A DNA stretch of 64,000 nucleotides from a bacterium (GTDB lineage Bacteria; UBA8248; JACPRG01; G963555815). A program made the position numbers and the translations under genes. The notes beneath the pieces were generated by a model. It had not been told where the DNA came from and searched no databases. It worked only from the letters and a program-made list of their open reading frames with translations. The stretch spans positions 4,704,001 to 4,768,000 of the forward strand of contig OZ244653.1 in the NCBI GenBank assembly GCA_965218795.1, written 5' to 3'. Of the stretch, positions 48,432 to 58,419 are shown one piece after another; position 1 is the first letter of the stretch; each line of letters starts with the position of its first letter.

Positions 48432-48678
48432 TGAATCCCTTCCGGCTGTTGAGCAGGCGTGCATTCTATCATGCGCAATTGATGTCGAAGCGAATGAGGA
48501 CATTGGGGTCCATCAGGATTTTCTCGGCATGTGGGCGTGATGAAAAGTGTCAATCTGGACCTCTTTCGCCAGCCGCTTTATACAGTATGCGGAATGGCCG
48601 TTCTTTCCCTCGTGGTGCTCTTGGCCGTTGGTGCCTTCGTGCTGAGGCGGGCCCCGCGATATCGCTCCTCTGAGCAGG

Positions 48679-49332
48679 TTAATCGGACAGGCAGGCAACG
48701 ACGTCTTCCCAGGGAATAGGGCCCTCCCTGAGCAGGACAGGTTTTTCTTTTCTCACGTCGACCATCGTCGAGGGCAAGCCGCCCGGCGTTCCTCCGGCAT
48801 CCAGCACCAGATCCAGGCGGTCCCCCAAAGCGCGGATGACTTCCTCTGCCATGCGGGGAGGATTCGTTCCCGTCCGGTTGGCGCTTGTTGCGGTCAGAGG
48901 AACTCCCGCCAGACGGGTGACCTCGATGGCCAGCCAAGAGCCAGGCACGCGAACGCTCACGGCGTCTCCCTCACCCAAAATGCCCGTGGGCAGCCCCTCC
49001 TTTGCATCCAGGATCAGGCTCAGGGGCCCCGGCCAGAATCTCTCCATGAGGGCCATCCCGATTTTCGGGATTCTCGCCGCAACCATCCCAGCCATATCCA
49101 TATTGGCCAGCAGGAGACCTACGGGTTTCCCCTCCGATCTGCCTTTCACGTCGAGGACCTGATTCACTGTCTTCTGATTCAGGCCGTTGGCGGCGAGGGC
49201 ATAGAAGGTTTCCGTCGGAAGACCGAGGAGGCCCTCCGCCCCGATGACCTTCGCGGCTTCTTCAAGGCTGGGGGCGTCGGGGTTGTCCGGGTCGACGGCA
49301 ATTCGCCGCGCCCTCGCGGAATCCGGCGTCAA
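48679..49332 (-). CDS. tsaC: L-threonylcarbamoyladenylate synthase (YrdC/Sua5)
   Basis: PTETFYAL, KGR..KP, FWPGPL, VRVP, TSAN, PSTMVD, LREG. Confidence 0.92.
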   Translation of the reverse strand: MTPDSARARRIAVDPDNPDAPSLEEAAKVIGAEGLLGLPTETFYALAANGLNQKTVNQVLDVKGRSEGKPVGLLLANMDMAGMVAARIPKIGMALMERFWPGPLSLILDAKEGLPTGILGEGDAVSVRVPGSWLAIEVTRLAGVPLTATSANRTGTNPPRMAEEVIRALGDRLDLVLDAGGTPGGLPSTMVDVRKEKPVLLREGPIPWEDVVACLSD

Positions 49333-49826
49333 GGAAGCCCCCCGATGCGCTTTGACTTCTCTGCGACTTCGTCGGACATTTTTTCGCGAAAGCTCTTGAG
49401 GCGTAAAGCAAGATCGGTATCGCTCAGCGCGAGGATCTCAGCGGCGAGAAGGGCGGCATTATAAGCCCCTGCCTTTCCAATGGCCACAGTCGCCACCGGA
49501 ACCCCTTTCGGCATCTGGACCGTTGAAAGAACCGAGTCGATTCCATTCAATGCGCTGTCGAGGGGAACGCCGATGACAGGTTTGAGCGTTTCGCCCGCGA
49601 CGACTCCCGCAAGATGGGCCGCGCCGCCGGCCCCGGCGATAAAGACCTTTGTTCCCTGACCATCGGCCTTCCGAACGAAGTCTCTCACCCTGTCCGGGGT
49701 ACGATGGGCCGACGCGACCAGGAATTCGTAAGGGATGTTCAGCGCATCCAGGACGCCAAAGGCCTCTGCCATCACAGTGTGATCGCTGTCGCTTCCCATC
49801 ATGATGCCGATCATTGGAGCGCTCAT
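49329..49826 (-). CDS. purE: N5-carboxyaminoimidazole ribonucleotide mutase
   Basis: MGSDSD, SAHRTP, AGAGGAAHL, QMPKGVPVATVAIG. Confidence 0.96.
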   Translation of the reverse strand: MSAPMIGIMMGSDSDHTVMAEAFGVLDALNIPYEFLVASAHRTPDRVRDFVRKADGQGTKVFIAGAGGAAHLAGVVAGETLKPVIGVPLDSALNGIDSVLSTVQMPKGVPVATVAIGKAGAYNAALLAAEILALSDTDLALRLKSFREKMSDEVAEKSKRIGGLP

Positions 49827-49838
49827 CGCCTCCACTCC

Positions 49839-50537
49839 TCATCCAGTCTCCCTCTGGTTTCCATAGATCAGCCGCATGTCCGGCTTCTCCGTACAGAAGT
49901 AATGGACCCATACGTAGGCATGGTTGAAGAAGGCGAGGGCAACCGCCATCAGTGAATCACAAGCGACGGCGATCGCCCAGAGGAACAAAAATCCATACGT
50001 GTACATGCTGTTGCTTGAATACTTGAAGATGCCTTTTTTCACCAACGGCAAGGTTCGGTATGACGCGTCGAAGTGATCGATCCCGAAGGCGCGTCGAAAT
50101 CCGAAGTATTTCGCCACGGAATAGAACGTGAAGATTGCCGGCGGCGTCGCCATGAGTAGAATGATCGCGGTGATTCGGGGGTGAAGTCCAAGCGAGCCTC
50201 GATCCGATATCCCCAGACCGAGCAACGCCAGGACGCGGCAGATTCCAAGGATTGCGAACAGGACCGCATAGAGTTCAAATCCCTTGCGCCCCAAATTCCG
50301 GGTGATGGCGGAATAGCAGAGTTCCAGCCTCCAGGCCACCCACACCAGCATCTGATGCAGGATGGGCATGACCCAGGCAAGAAGGAACCACGTCCGGGTG
50401 CTCAGGCCCAGAAAGACCGTCTCGCCTGCCCCGAATCGGCCCCAAGCAAGCCCTATGATTCCTGATAAGACGATGAGAGAGAGCAGGTGAAGGGGTTGCT
50501 TACTGAAAAAACAGCTTTTTCCACACTCCTGGCTCAT
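49839..50537 (-). CDS. Membrane phospholipid/isoprenylcysteine methyltransferase-like protein (PEMT fold)
   Basis: Several TM helices; GIDHF, KGIFKY..NSMY, TEKPDM..IYG. Confidence 0.7.
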   Translation of the reverse strand: MSQECGKSCFFSKQPLHLLSLIVLSGIIGLAWGRFGAGETVFLGLSTRTWFLLAWVMPILHQMLVWVAWRLELCYSAITRNLGRKGFELYAVLFAILGICRVLALLGLGISDRGSLGLHPRITAIILLMATPPAIFTFYSVAKYFGFRRAFGIDHFDASYRTLPLVKKGIFKYSSNSMYTYGFLFLWAIAVACDSLMAVALAFFNHAYVWVHYFCTEKPDMRLIYGNQRETG

Positions 50538-50607
50538 TGGATATTCATGGGGCTTTATCGAATCCTGGATTCAGGTGAAAGAGCGAGTCCAAAGGGGCGG
50601 CCCCATT

Positions 50608-50988
50608 CTAGATGAATGCGGCGACTTCGATCTCCACCCGCGCACCAGCGACCAGTTCCTTCACGGCCAGCGTCGTCCGTGCAGGCGGGTTCTCGGGGAA
50701 GTACTCATTGAACACGTTGTTCATTTCAATCATCTCACTCAGATCGGCCATGAAGATGGTGACCTTCACGGCCTTTTCGAGCGACGAGCCCGCAGCCTCC
50801 AGGACCGCCTTCATGTTTTCGCAGACCTGACGTGTCTCCGGCCCAATCCCACCGGGGACCAGCATTCCGGTCGCCGAATCATTCCCCAGTTGTCCTGACA
50901 GATAGACCATGTCCCCGACTTTGATGGCTTGCGAAAGCGGGACCTTTGCGGGCGGTACTTTGTCGGTATGAATGACCTCTTTGTTCAT
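50608..50988 (-). CDS. RidA (YjgF/YER057c/UK114) family protein
   Basis: SQA, SGQL, KVTIF, MN..F..YF..PPAR, VEIE; GGAGG RBS. Confidence 0.92.
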   Translation of the reverse strand: MNKEVIHTDKVPPAKVPLSQAIKVGDMVYLSGQLGNDSATGMLVPGGIGPETRQVCENMKAVLEAAGSSLEKAVKVTIFMADLSEMIEMNNVFNEYFPENPPARTTLAVKELVAGARVEIEVAAFI

Positions 50989-51169
50989 CGCATTTCCTCC
51001 CGAATTTGGTCGAACCCTCTTAGCATACGGGAGATAACGAGTCAACGCGAAGGGGGCGTCAACGGTTCATGCGGCTGAATCCCGCTTGACTTCCCAAAAG
51101 ATCGACTCCTATTCTCAAATCATGAATCCTGCGCATGTTCGGGTGGCGGAAAGTTGATGAGTCGAACGA

Positions 51170-52579
51170 ATGGATCTGTTTGAAGGCGAAAATCCGACGG
51201 GAACCAACACCCAGTCATCGGAGCCTTCTTCCGCCGATGAGCGTAAAGTTGGGGCCGGCGGCCGGGAGCCCTCCCGTCCCCTGGCCGACCGAATGCGCCC
51301 GGATCGGCTGGAGGACTTCCTCGGGCAGCAACAAATTCTCGGCGAAGAACAAGTTCTGCGGCGGATCATCGAGGCGGATGAGCCGACTTCTATCATTCTC
51401 TGGGGGCCTCCGGGCTCAGGCAAAACGACCCTCGCGCATATCATCGCCAAGCGGACGGGCGCGCATTTCGTTCACTTCAGCGCCGTTCTGGGAGGCGTAA
51501 AAGAGCTTCGGGAGATCATCGAGGTGGCTCGGAAGGTGCAGCGGGCCCAGAAACGGAGGACGGTCCTGTTCGTTGACGAGATTCACCGGTTCAACAAGGC
51601 CCAGCAGGATGCTTTTCTTCCTCACGTTGAGCAAGGGCTGATCACTCTCATCGGAGCCACCACGGAAAATCCATCCTTCGAGATCAACTCCGCTCTCTTG
51701 TCGCGGTGTCGGGTATTTGTCCTGGAAGCCTTGACGGCTGAGCAGATCCGGGACCTGCTCCGGCGCGCTCTGACAGCCGAAAAAGGACTGGCGCCGCTTC
51801 ACGTCGAAATGGATGAGGAGGCCCAGGAACATCTTGCCAGGATGTCCAACGGCGACGCCCGCGTCGCCCTCAACGCGCTGGAGATGGCCGCCTTTGCTGC
51901 CGGGCCCGACCCGAATGGACGGCGGCATGTTTCGCTGGCGGATGCCGAAGACGCCCTTCAGCGACGCGCCCTCCTCTACGATCGGGCGGGGGAGGAGCAT
52001 TTCAACATCATTTCGGCCCTTCACAAGAGCCTTCGGGGAAGCGACCCGGACGCCGCTCTTTACTGGCTGGCCCGGATGATCGAGGCGGGAGAGGACCCGC
52101 TCTACATAGCCCGGAGGATGGTTCGTTTCGCCTCGGAGGACATCGGCCTGGCGGATCCCACCGCCCTGATCCAGGCCATCGCCGCCAAGGAAGCCTTTCA
52201 CTTCATCGGCCCGCCGGAAGGCTATCTCGCGCTGGCCCAGGCGGCGGTTTATTTGGCCGCCGCCCCGAAGAGCAACGCCCTCTACCGGGCCTATGGCGAA
52301 GCCGTTCGCGACGTGCATGAGACCATGAACGAGCCGGTCCCGCTCCATATCCGCAATGCGCCCACTCCGTTGATGTCCGACCTCGGTTACGGCAAGGGAT
52401 ATCAATACGCCCATGACGACGCGGAGGCCTTCACCCCCGAGCAGATTTATCTCCCCGACAATCTTCAAGGTCGCACCTACTACCGGCCGACGAATCGAGG
52501 ATTCGAAAAAACCGTCGCCGAGCGCCTGGCTTATTGGAGAAAGCTGGTTCAAGAAGCAAGGAAAGAGCGGGATTCCTGA
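51170..52579 (+). CDS. rarA: Replication-associated recombination protein A (MgsA)
   Basis: PLADRMRP, GPPGSGKTT, DEIHRFNKAQQD, TTENPSF, SALHKS.RGSD, SEDIGLAD, VPLHIRNAPT. Confidence 0.95.
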   Translation: MDLFEGENPTGTNTQSSEPSSADERKVGAGGREPSRPLADRMRPDRLEDFLGQQQILGEEQVLRRIIEADEPTSIILWGPPGSGKTTLAHIIAKRTGAHFVHFSAVLGGVKELREIIEVARKVQRAQKRRTVLFVDEIHRFNKAQQDAFLPHVEQGLITLIGATTENPSFEINSALLSRCRVFVLEALTAEQIRDLLRRALTAEKGLAPLHVEMDEEAQEHLARMSNGDARVALNALEMAAFAAGPDPNGRRHVSLADAEDALQRRALLYDRAGEEHFNIISALHKSLRGSDPDAALYWLARMIEAGEDPLYIARRMVRFASEDIGLADPTALIQAIAAKEAFHFIGPPEGYLALAQAAVYLAAAPKSNALYRAYGEAVRDVHETMNEPVPLHIRNAPTPLMSDLGYGKGYQYAHDDAEAFTPEQIYLPDNLQGRTYYRPTNRGFEKTVAERLAYWRKLVQEARKERDS

Positions 52580-52714
52580 CTGAAAACCAATCGGGGGAGC
52601 GACCGGTTCCAACGACGGTCGGACGGCGGGTACCGCGGTCGGTTTCCTCTTCGGCTTTTTGATCTGGTAATATTCCTTGAATTCAAATCATGAGGGATTG
52701 TGGAGAGTCCCAGA

Positions 52715-53386
52715 ATGGCAGCGATGGATCCGCAAGATTTTATCCAACATTTGAGGGACATCTATACGGAGGCCATATCCGACCGGCGATTCGTGTATCC
52801 GGAGTGGTTCAAGCAGAAGGGCGATAAGTTGCGAGAAGCCTACCGGCAGCTTGCATGCGCCTATTGGGCCAGTTCGGAGGTGCACGCAAAGGCCCAGGCG
52901 CGGTTCGAGCGAATCCTGGACATCGACACAAAGATCAAGTTGGCGCGTCAAGTCTGGGAGGAGGCCCGGCATTGCAAGGATGTCACTCGGCTGCTCAAGG
53001 AGTCGTTCCGGGAAAACTTCAAGGCCGACGACTATGAACCGGTACCGGAATTGACGGAATGCTTTTATGATTACTACGGGAACATCGACGATCCAGGTGG
53101 CTACTTTGCCGCGCACAACATGGCGGGAGAACGGACGGCCCTTCACATGCTCGAAGAGGCCGCCGCGTTTGCCCGAGCGGGGGGCATGGGAAGTTTGGCC
53201 CGGTTTGCCGAGAGGATCATCCCCGAAGAGCGGCTCCATGTCCGTCTGGGGGAGGAAGTTGTGGCTGCATTCGCCACCGACGAGGATGCGCAAGAAAGGC
53301 TGGAGGGGTATTTCAAGCAGGGGTTGGAGGCCCATTGGAATTACACGGAGGGCGTATACCGGAAAATCGCCAGCCTGGATGGATGA
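52715..53386 (+). CDS. Ferritin-like (di-iron four-helix) protein, paralogue 1
   Basis: WEEARH, GERTA and PEERLH metal-binding motifs. Confidence 0.75.
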   Translation: MAAMDPQDFIQHLRDIYTEAISDRRFVYPEWFKQKGDKLREAYRQLACAYWASSEVHAKAQARFERILDIDTKIKLARQVWEEARHCKDVTRLLKESFRENFKADDYEPVPELTECFYDYYGNIDDPGGYFAAHNMAGERTALHMLEEAAAFARAGGMGSLARFAERIIPEERLHVRLGEEVVAAFATDEDAQERLEGYFKQGLEAHWNYTEGVYRKIASLDG

Positions 53387-53469
53387 TTTGGAAAATCGCC
53401 TTGGAAAAGGGTTGGAGGTATGCATCGACGGAACGGGCCCAAGACAAGTCTTCTGAGGAGAGATTGTAG

Positions 53470-54156
53470 ATGGCAGCGATGACGCCAAAAGAATTTGTTC
53501 AGCACCTGCGAAAGGTGTACGACGACATCATTTCGCAGCGAACGTTCGTCTATTCGGAGTGGTTCAAGGAAACGGGAGATCGCCTCCGGGAAGCCTACCG
53601 CCAGCTTGCATGTGCGGAATACGCCAGTTCCTGGGTCCATGCGACATTGTTGGAGCGGTTTCCCGAGCTTGATCTGGACATCAAGATCAAGGTCGCGCGC
53701 CAGGTCTGGGAAGAGGCGCGACACAGCAAGGACGTGAAGTCTCTTCTAAAGGAAGCTTTTGATGAAGACTTCGCGATGCAGGATTACACCCCGGTGCAGG
53801 AACTGACCGACTGCTTCTACGGTTATTACGCTGATATCGACGACCCCGGCGCTTATTTCGCGGCGCACAATGCGGCAGGCGAGCGGACGGCTTTGCGGAT
53901 GTTGGAGAAGGTCAGCGCTTTTGCTCGTGGGGCGGGTATGCAGAGTCTGGCGCGGGTGGCCGACAAGATCGTTCCGGAAGAACGGTTCCACGTCCGACTG
54001 GGCGAGCAGGTCGTCGAGAAGTACGCGACGACCGAAGAGCGCCAGAAAAAGTTGGAGGAATATTTCCGGTCGGGTCTGGACGCCCATTGGAATTATACGG
54101 AAGGGGTGTATCGGAAGATCAACTCGATGAAGGGCGCCGAGGAAGTCACTGCCTGA
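53470..54156 (+). CDS. Ferritin-like (di-iron four-helix) protein, paralogue 2
   Basis: CAEY, WEEARH, GERTA, PEERFH; colinear with paralogue 1; GAGGAG RBS. Confidence 0.78.
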   Translation: MAAMTPKEFVQHLRKVYDDIISQRTFVYSEWFKETGDRLREAYRQLACAEYASSWVHATLLERFPELDLDIKIKVARQVWEEARHSKDVKSLLKEAFDEDFAMQDYTPVQELTDCFYGYYADIDDPGAYFAAHNAAGERTALRMLEKVSAFARGAGMQSLARVADKIVPEERFHVRLGEQVVEKYATTEERQKKLEEYFRSGLDAHWNYTEGVYRKINSMKGAEEVTA

Positions 54157-54183
54157 CATGGGTGGCCCCGGGAGGTTCAGGAC

Positions 54184-54453
54184 ATGGCCCGAATCGTAGC
54201 CATTGAATCCATCCAGGCCTGGGTGTCGGATCAGCTGCACCTTGAGATTTACAAGAGGGAAGCGGCCGATCTCGGAAGACTCGGCGAGGAAGAGGATCCC
54301 CCATTGACGTGGAAGGAGATATTCCACAGAGCCGTGGAAGAGGGGAGTCTCACGCCTGAAGATGTTCCGTACTGGCTGGGAATCGCGACAAAGGGGGAAG
54401 GCGAGGGAAACGTGGAGGATATCGAGGAAGACTACGGATCCGTCCACGTGTAG
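54184..54453 (+). CDS. Small acidic hypothetical protein
   Basis: 89 aa, GGAGG RBS, 27 bp after the ferritin-like gene. Confidence 0.65.
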   Translation: MARIVAIESIQAWVSDQLHLEIYKREAADLGRLGEEEDPPLTWKEIFHRAVEEGSLTPEDVPYWLGIATKGEGEGNVEDIEEDYGSVHV

Positions 54454-54480
54454 CTGCCCGGGTTGTCCTTCGGACGCGGA

Positions 54481-54795
54481 GTGCTTGCATTGGCAAAGCC
54501 CACCAAAAAAATTTGTCAGGATTATTTCAATCTGTTTATTCAAATGGACGACGGCGAATGGGAAAAAATCGACCGGCGGCTGGCACGTGACCGCTCTCCG
54601 GAGGAGATTGAGGACATCCAGGAGGACTTCGTCGCCTTTACGCGTTTCGTCTGGTCGAATTTCATCAACCTCCAACTGGAGTTCGAGGATCCCGTCATCG
54701 AGCGTATCCTCGCGGCCCGCGGCTCTGAAGCTCTGGACCAGCTCGAAGTCAGCCGGGAGAGCCTCGAGGCCCTGAGACCGAATCCCGCCTCCTGA
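54481..54795 (+). CDS. Small acidic helical hypothetical protein
   Basis: About 104 aa with protein-like composition; co-oriented with the previous three genes; start codon uncertain. Confidence 0.6.
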   Translation: MLALAKPTKKICQDYFNLFIQMDDGEWEKIDRRLARDRSPEEIEDIQEDFVAFTRFVWSNFINLQLEFEDPVIERILAARGSEALDQLEVSRESLEALRPNPAS

Positions 54796-54849
54796 ATCCT
54801 TACCGTTCGGCAGGTCCCGAAAGTTCCGATTAAGCCGCCTCGTGGCGGG

Positions 54850-55860
54850 TTACGGGTCCAGCACCTCTGCGACCTCGACCGCACGGCCCTCCTCTGCCGA
54901 ACGAATGGCCGCCACGACCACCGCCAGAGAATCCAAGCCTTCCTTCCCTCCGGTCTCGGGTTTTGATTGGGTCCGGATGCAGTCCGCGAAATGCTCGAGT
55001 TCGTCCATCACGATATCCACGCCTGGATACGGCACCGCGACACGGGCTTCATCGGTCTCCTTGTGGTAAAGGCCCTCATACCGATCGTAGTAGAGGTTGC
55101 CCGTGGTGCCGTAAACGTTGACGAAGTAAGTCCAGCGGGGACTCGCAAAATTGCTGCCCACATACCCCTGAACCCCCGACTCGAACTCCAGAATCGTGCT
55201 CGTCACGTCGGGGATTTCGGCTTTTGTAATCTTTCTCCCCAGAAAGGATGAAACGCGGCGAATCGGTCCGCCGAGATAATGGAGAGTGTCCACATGGTGG
55301 ACGCCGAGTTGCGTCAGGGCTCCGGCGGGACTTTCTTTCTTGTACCAGAGCCACTCGCCCTCCTCGACGATCATCCCCAACGCGTTGGAGATGTGCGCGT
55401 CGATCATCACGAGCTCGCCGAGCTTGCCCTCTTCGAGCCACTCCTTCTGGACGCGGTGTCCGCCCAGACGCCTTGAGCTGTGGCCGACCATCAATGTGAC
55501 TCCCGCCTCCTCGCAGGCGGCTATCACCTGGCGGCTTTCTCCGATGTCATTCGCAATGGGTTTTTCAACGAATACGTGCTTGCCAGCTTCCGCGGCACGG
55601 ATGGATAGATCGGTATGGGCGTTGTTGGGGGCGGAAATGACGACACCTTCAATGTCCTTCCGCTTCAGGAGGTCTTCGCAGGAAGACTCGATGTCCATTC
55701 CGTACTTTTCCGCGTACGCCTTCCGCTTTTCCGCAGAACGGCTGAAACCGGCGACGATCTCGATCTCCTCGCTCTTCGAGGCGGCTGCTGCCAGGAGCCC
55801 GCCCCACCTTCCGAGTCCGATCTGTGCCAAGCGCACGACTCCATTCGCAGCAGCCGTCAT
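54850..55860 (-). CDS. Gfo/Idh/MocA family oxidoreductase
   Basis: IGLGRWG, PNNAH, GKHVFVEKP, VGH..R, GVHHVD. Confidence 0.9.
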   Translation of the reverse strand: MTAAANGVVRLAQIGLGRWGGLLAAAASKSEEIEIVAGFSRSAEKRKAYAEKYGMDIESSCEDLLKRKDIEGVVISAPNNAHTDLSIRAAEAGKHVFVEKPIANDIGESRQVIAACEEAGVTLMVGHSSRRLGGHRVQKEWLEEGKLGELVMIDAHISNALGMIVEEGEWLWYKKESPAGALTQLGVHHVDTLHYLGGPIRRVSSFLGRKITKAEIPDVTSTILEFESGVQGYVGSNFASPRWTYFVNVYGTTGNLYYDRYEGLYHKETDEARVAVPYPGVDIVMDELEHFADCIRTQSKPETGGKEGLDSLAVVVAAIRSAEEGRAVEVAEVLDP

Positions 55861-55938
55861 CCCCGGTCTCCCTTTTACGATGGAGGATAGAAGAAATTCG
55901 AGGTTTCCGGGTTTCACCCCGGTCGTTTTGAAATCCGC

Positions 55939-57003
55939 TCACCCGGAAGGATGCGATTCCCTCTTCAGATGATCGTAGCTGGTGACTGCAAGGCGTTCCT
56001 CCCGCCCATGGCGGGAGAGCTTGAGGCCGTTGCCGGGGTCCGTCATTCGGCCGATCGGAGTGAGGACCGTCCCGGTTTCCTGGTAGACGCGCGCGGCTAG
56101 GTCTTCTGCCTCTTCCGGTTTGACTGCCAGAAGAATCTCATAATCCTCTCCGCCTTGCAGGGCCAGCGTGACAGGATCCAGGCCCCATGATTCGGCGGCC
56201 TGTCGCAGGGCGTCGGAAATTGGGAACTTCTCGCAGTCCAGAAGGACACCGGTGCCGCTGGCCTCGCAAAGGTGCGTTACATCCCCCGAAAGGCCATCGC
56301 TCAGATCGATCATCGCCGTGGCCGCACGGGATTGTGAAACGGCTTGTCCCTCGCGGACGCGCGGGGTCGGGAGGAGGAAGGCGTCCACAAGGGGCTCGAC
56401 GTCGTTCGACAAAGTTCCGGCTTCGCCCGGCCCTCCCGGACCGGCTTCAAGAAGGAGCCGAAGGCCCGCCGCCGCATCGCCCAGCGTCCCTGTAACCATC
56501 AGGACATCTCCGGGGTGCGCGCCGGACCGTGAGAGTGTCAAGTCGGGGTCCGACTCGCCCAATAGATGAACGTCCAGGATCATCGCTTCAGCCGATCGCG
56601 AAACATTTCCGCCGACGATTGTCGTCTTGTACGTTTCCCCTTCCTCCCGAAGCCCGTCGTAGACGGCTTCCAGATACTCGGCGGACGTGTCCTCGCGGAC
56701 GACGATGGAAACCAGCGCGTATTTCGGGCGGCCTCCCATGGCCGCAATGTCGCTGATGTTGATGGCCAGAGCCTTCCGGCCGAGTTGGTTGGGAGTGGCG
56801 CGGTTGCGAAGAAAATGCTGTCCTTCAACCATCATATCGCCCGTTGCCAGCACCCAGCGACCCGGTGTAAAGACCAACCCTGCGCAGTCGTCTCCATTGG
56901 GTAACACGACCCCCGGGTTGGTTTGCGGACCGAGGCGTTCCCGCAACCGATCGATCAGACCAAACTCTCCGACATCCGAAACACGCACGCTCCCGCTCCC
57001 CAT
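55939..57003 (-). CDS. thiL: Thiamine-phosphate kinase
   Basis: GEFGLI, GDDCA, NISDIAAMGG, GG, RSGA.PGD, IDLSDGL, GGEDYE, YDH. Confidence 0.93.
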   Translation of the reverse strand: MGSGSVRVSDVGEFGLIDRLRERLGPQTNPGVVLPNGDDCAGLVFTPGRWVLATGDMMVEGQHFLRNRATPNQLGRKALAINISDIAAMGGRPKYALVSIVVREDTSAEYLEAVYDGLREEGETYKTTIVGGNVSRSAEAMILDVHLLGESDPDLTLSRSGAHPGDVLMVTGTLGDAAAGLRLLLEAGPGGPGEAGTLSNDVEPLVDAFLLPTPRVREGQAVSQSRAATAMIDLSDGLSGDVTHLCEASGTGVLLDCEKFPISDALRQAAESWGLDPVTLALQGGEDYEILLAVKPEEAEDLAARVYQETGTVLTPIGRMTDPGNGLKLSRHGREERLAVTSYDHLKRESHPSG

Positions 57004-57213
57004 CCGACAAAATGAAAATCTTGATGCGGACAGCATAACGCTTGGGCATCGTCTCTGTCTTGTCGACAAAATCGGCTGAAAGCATAGACGTTGCTTTGCC
57101 TCCCAATAGGTTGAGGGATAGAGTGGAGTCATCGGTCATCTGAAATGAAGGGAATTTGAAGATTGACGGGAAACGGCTCCGAGGGATTAACGGAGACGCG
57201 CGTTGGCGCCGGG

Positions 57214-58395
57214 ATGGACTCCAGGACGGAAGGCGGACTTTCCGAAGTGGAAGCCAAGACCGCGTCCCAGGAAGAGGCGCGCCGGTTTCACCGCATCGGG
57301 CGCCGGGTGGGATTCGCCCGGACTGGCTTGGGATTTCTCTATCTCGGAATCCTTCTGGTCTCGGGTTTTTCCATCGCGCTGGCGGGTTGGAGTCGAAGTA
57401 TTGTCGCGGATCCATGGGGAGCGTTGGCCATCTACTTTTCCGTCCTCATGGCAGGCCATGAAATCTTGAATGTCCCTCTGGATATCCTGGGTGGCTATCG
57501 GGTGGCCCAGCGGTTCGGGGTATCCCATCAACCTTTTTCCTCTTGGCTGATCGACAGGCTCAAAGCAGCGAGCATTGGGCTCATCTTCGGTCTTTTGGGC
57601 TTCGAGATTCTCTATTGGCTGATGCGCGCGTCAAGTTCTGCCGTCTTTCCCTTATGGGCGGGCCTGGGGTTTCTCATATTCCTGCTGGTTGCAAGCTGGC
57701 TGGCTCCCGTCGTCTTGCTGCCGGTCTTTTTCAAAACTCGGCCGGTCGTCGATGATGCCTTGAAGAGGAAGCTCGCCGAATTGGCGCGTCATTCCGGCAC
57801 GAAAATCGGGGGAATCTTTCAGTTTGATCTCGGCCGAAAGAGTAGAACGGCGAATGCGGCACTGACCGGCTTGGGCAGGACGCGCAGGATCCTCCTCAGC
57901 GATACTCTCCTGGAGGGATTTACGCACGAAGAGATCTCTGTCGTTCTCGCTCATGAATTGGCTCACCACAAACGGCGTCACATTCCTAAATTGATTGCGG
58001 CCCAGGCCGTATTGGGAGTCGGCCTGTTCTACCTGGCTTCTTTCCTGTTGAGGAAGCTCAGCCCTCTCATGGGAATCGGGCATCCGGCGGATCCGGCCGG
58101 GCTTCCGCTCTTCTTGATCATGCTGGTTGGCGGTGGTCTTTTGATTGCGCCATTGGGAAATTGGGTATCCAGGCGGATGGAGCGTGGGTGTGATGGGTAC
58201 GCGCTTGAGCTGACACAAGATTCTGCTTCATTCTTATCCGCCATGCGGAAACTCTCACGTTTGAACCTGGCCGAGGAGTCCCCGTCTCGATGGGTCGAAA
58301 TCCTCTATTACAGTCATCCGCCGATATCCCGGCGCCTGGAGCACGGAGAGAAATTCCGACGGGAATGCCTCGCTCATCCGGTTGGACAGTCTTGA
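57214..58395 (+). CDS. M48 (Ste24-like) membrane zinc metallopeptidase
   Basis: ANAALTGLG, LSDTL, AHELAH, SRRME..D, YSHPP; several TM helices. Confidence 0.92.
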   Translation: MDSRTEGGLSEVEAKTASQEEARRFHRIGRRVGFARTGLGFLYLGILLVSGFSIALAGWSRSIVADPWGALAIYFSVLMAGHEILNVPLDILGGYRVAQRFGVSHQPFSSWLIDRLKAASIGLIFGLLGFEILYWLMRASSSAVFPLWAGLGFLIFLLVASWLAPVVLLPVFFKTRPVVDDALKRKLAELARHSGTKIGGIFQFDLGRKSRTANAALTGLGRTRRILLSDTLLEGFTHEEISVVLAHELAHHKRRHIPKLIAAQAVLGVGLFYLASFLLRKLSPLMGIGHPADPAGLPLFLIMLVGGGLLIAPLGNWVSRRMERGCDGYALELTQDSASFLSAMRKLSRLNLAEESPSRWVEILYYSHPPISRRLEHGEKFRRECLAHPVGQS

Positions 58396-58419
58396 TAAGG
58401 TTGGAAACTGTCCAGAGGC

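Noticed and set aside
48531-48719. Small single-TM ORF
   Set aside because: Overlaps the tsaC 3' end, weak RBS, no motif; cannot be supported.
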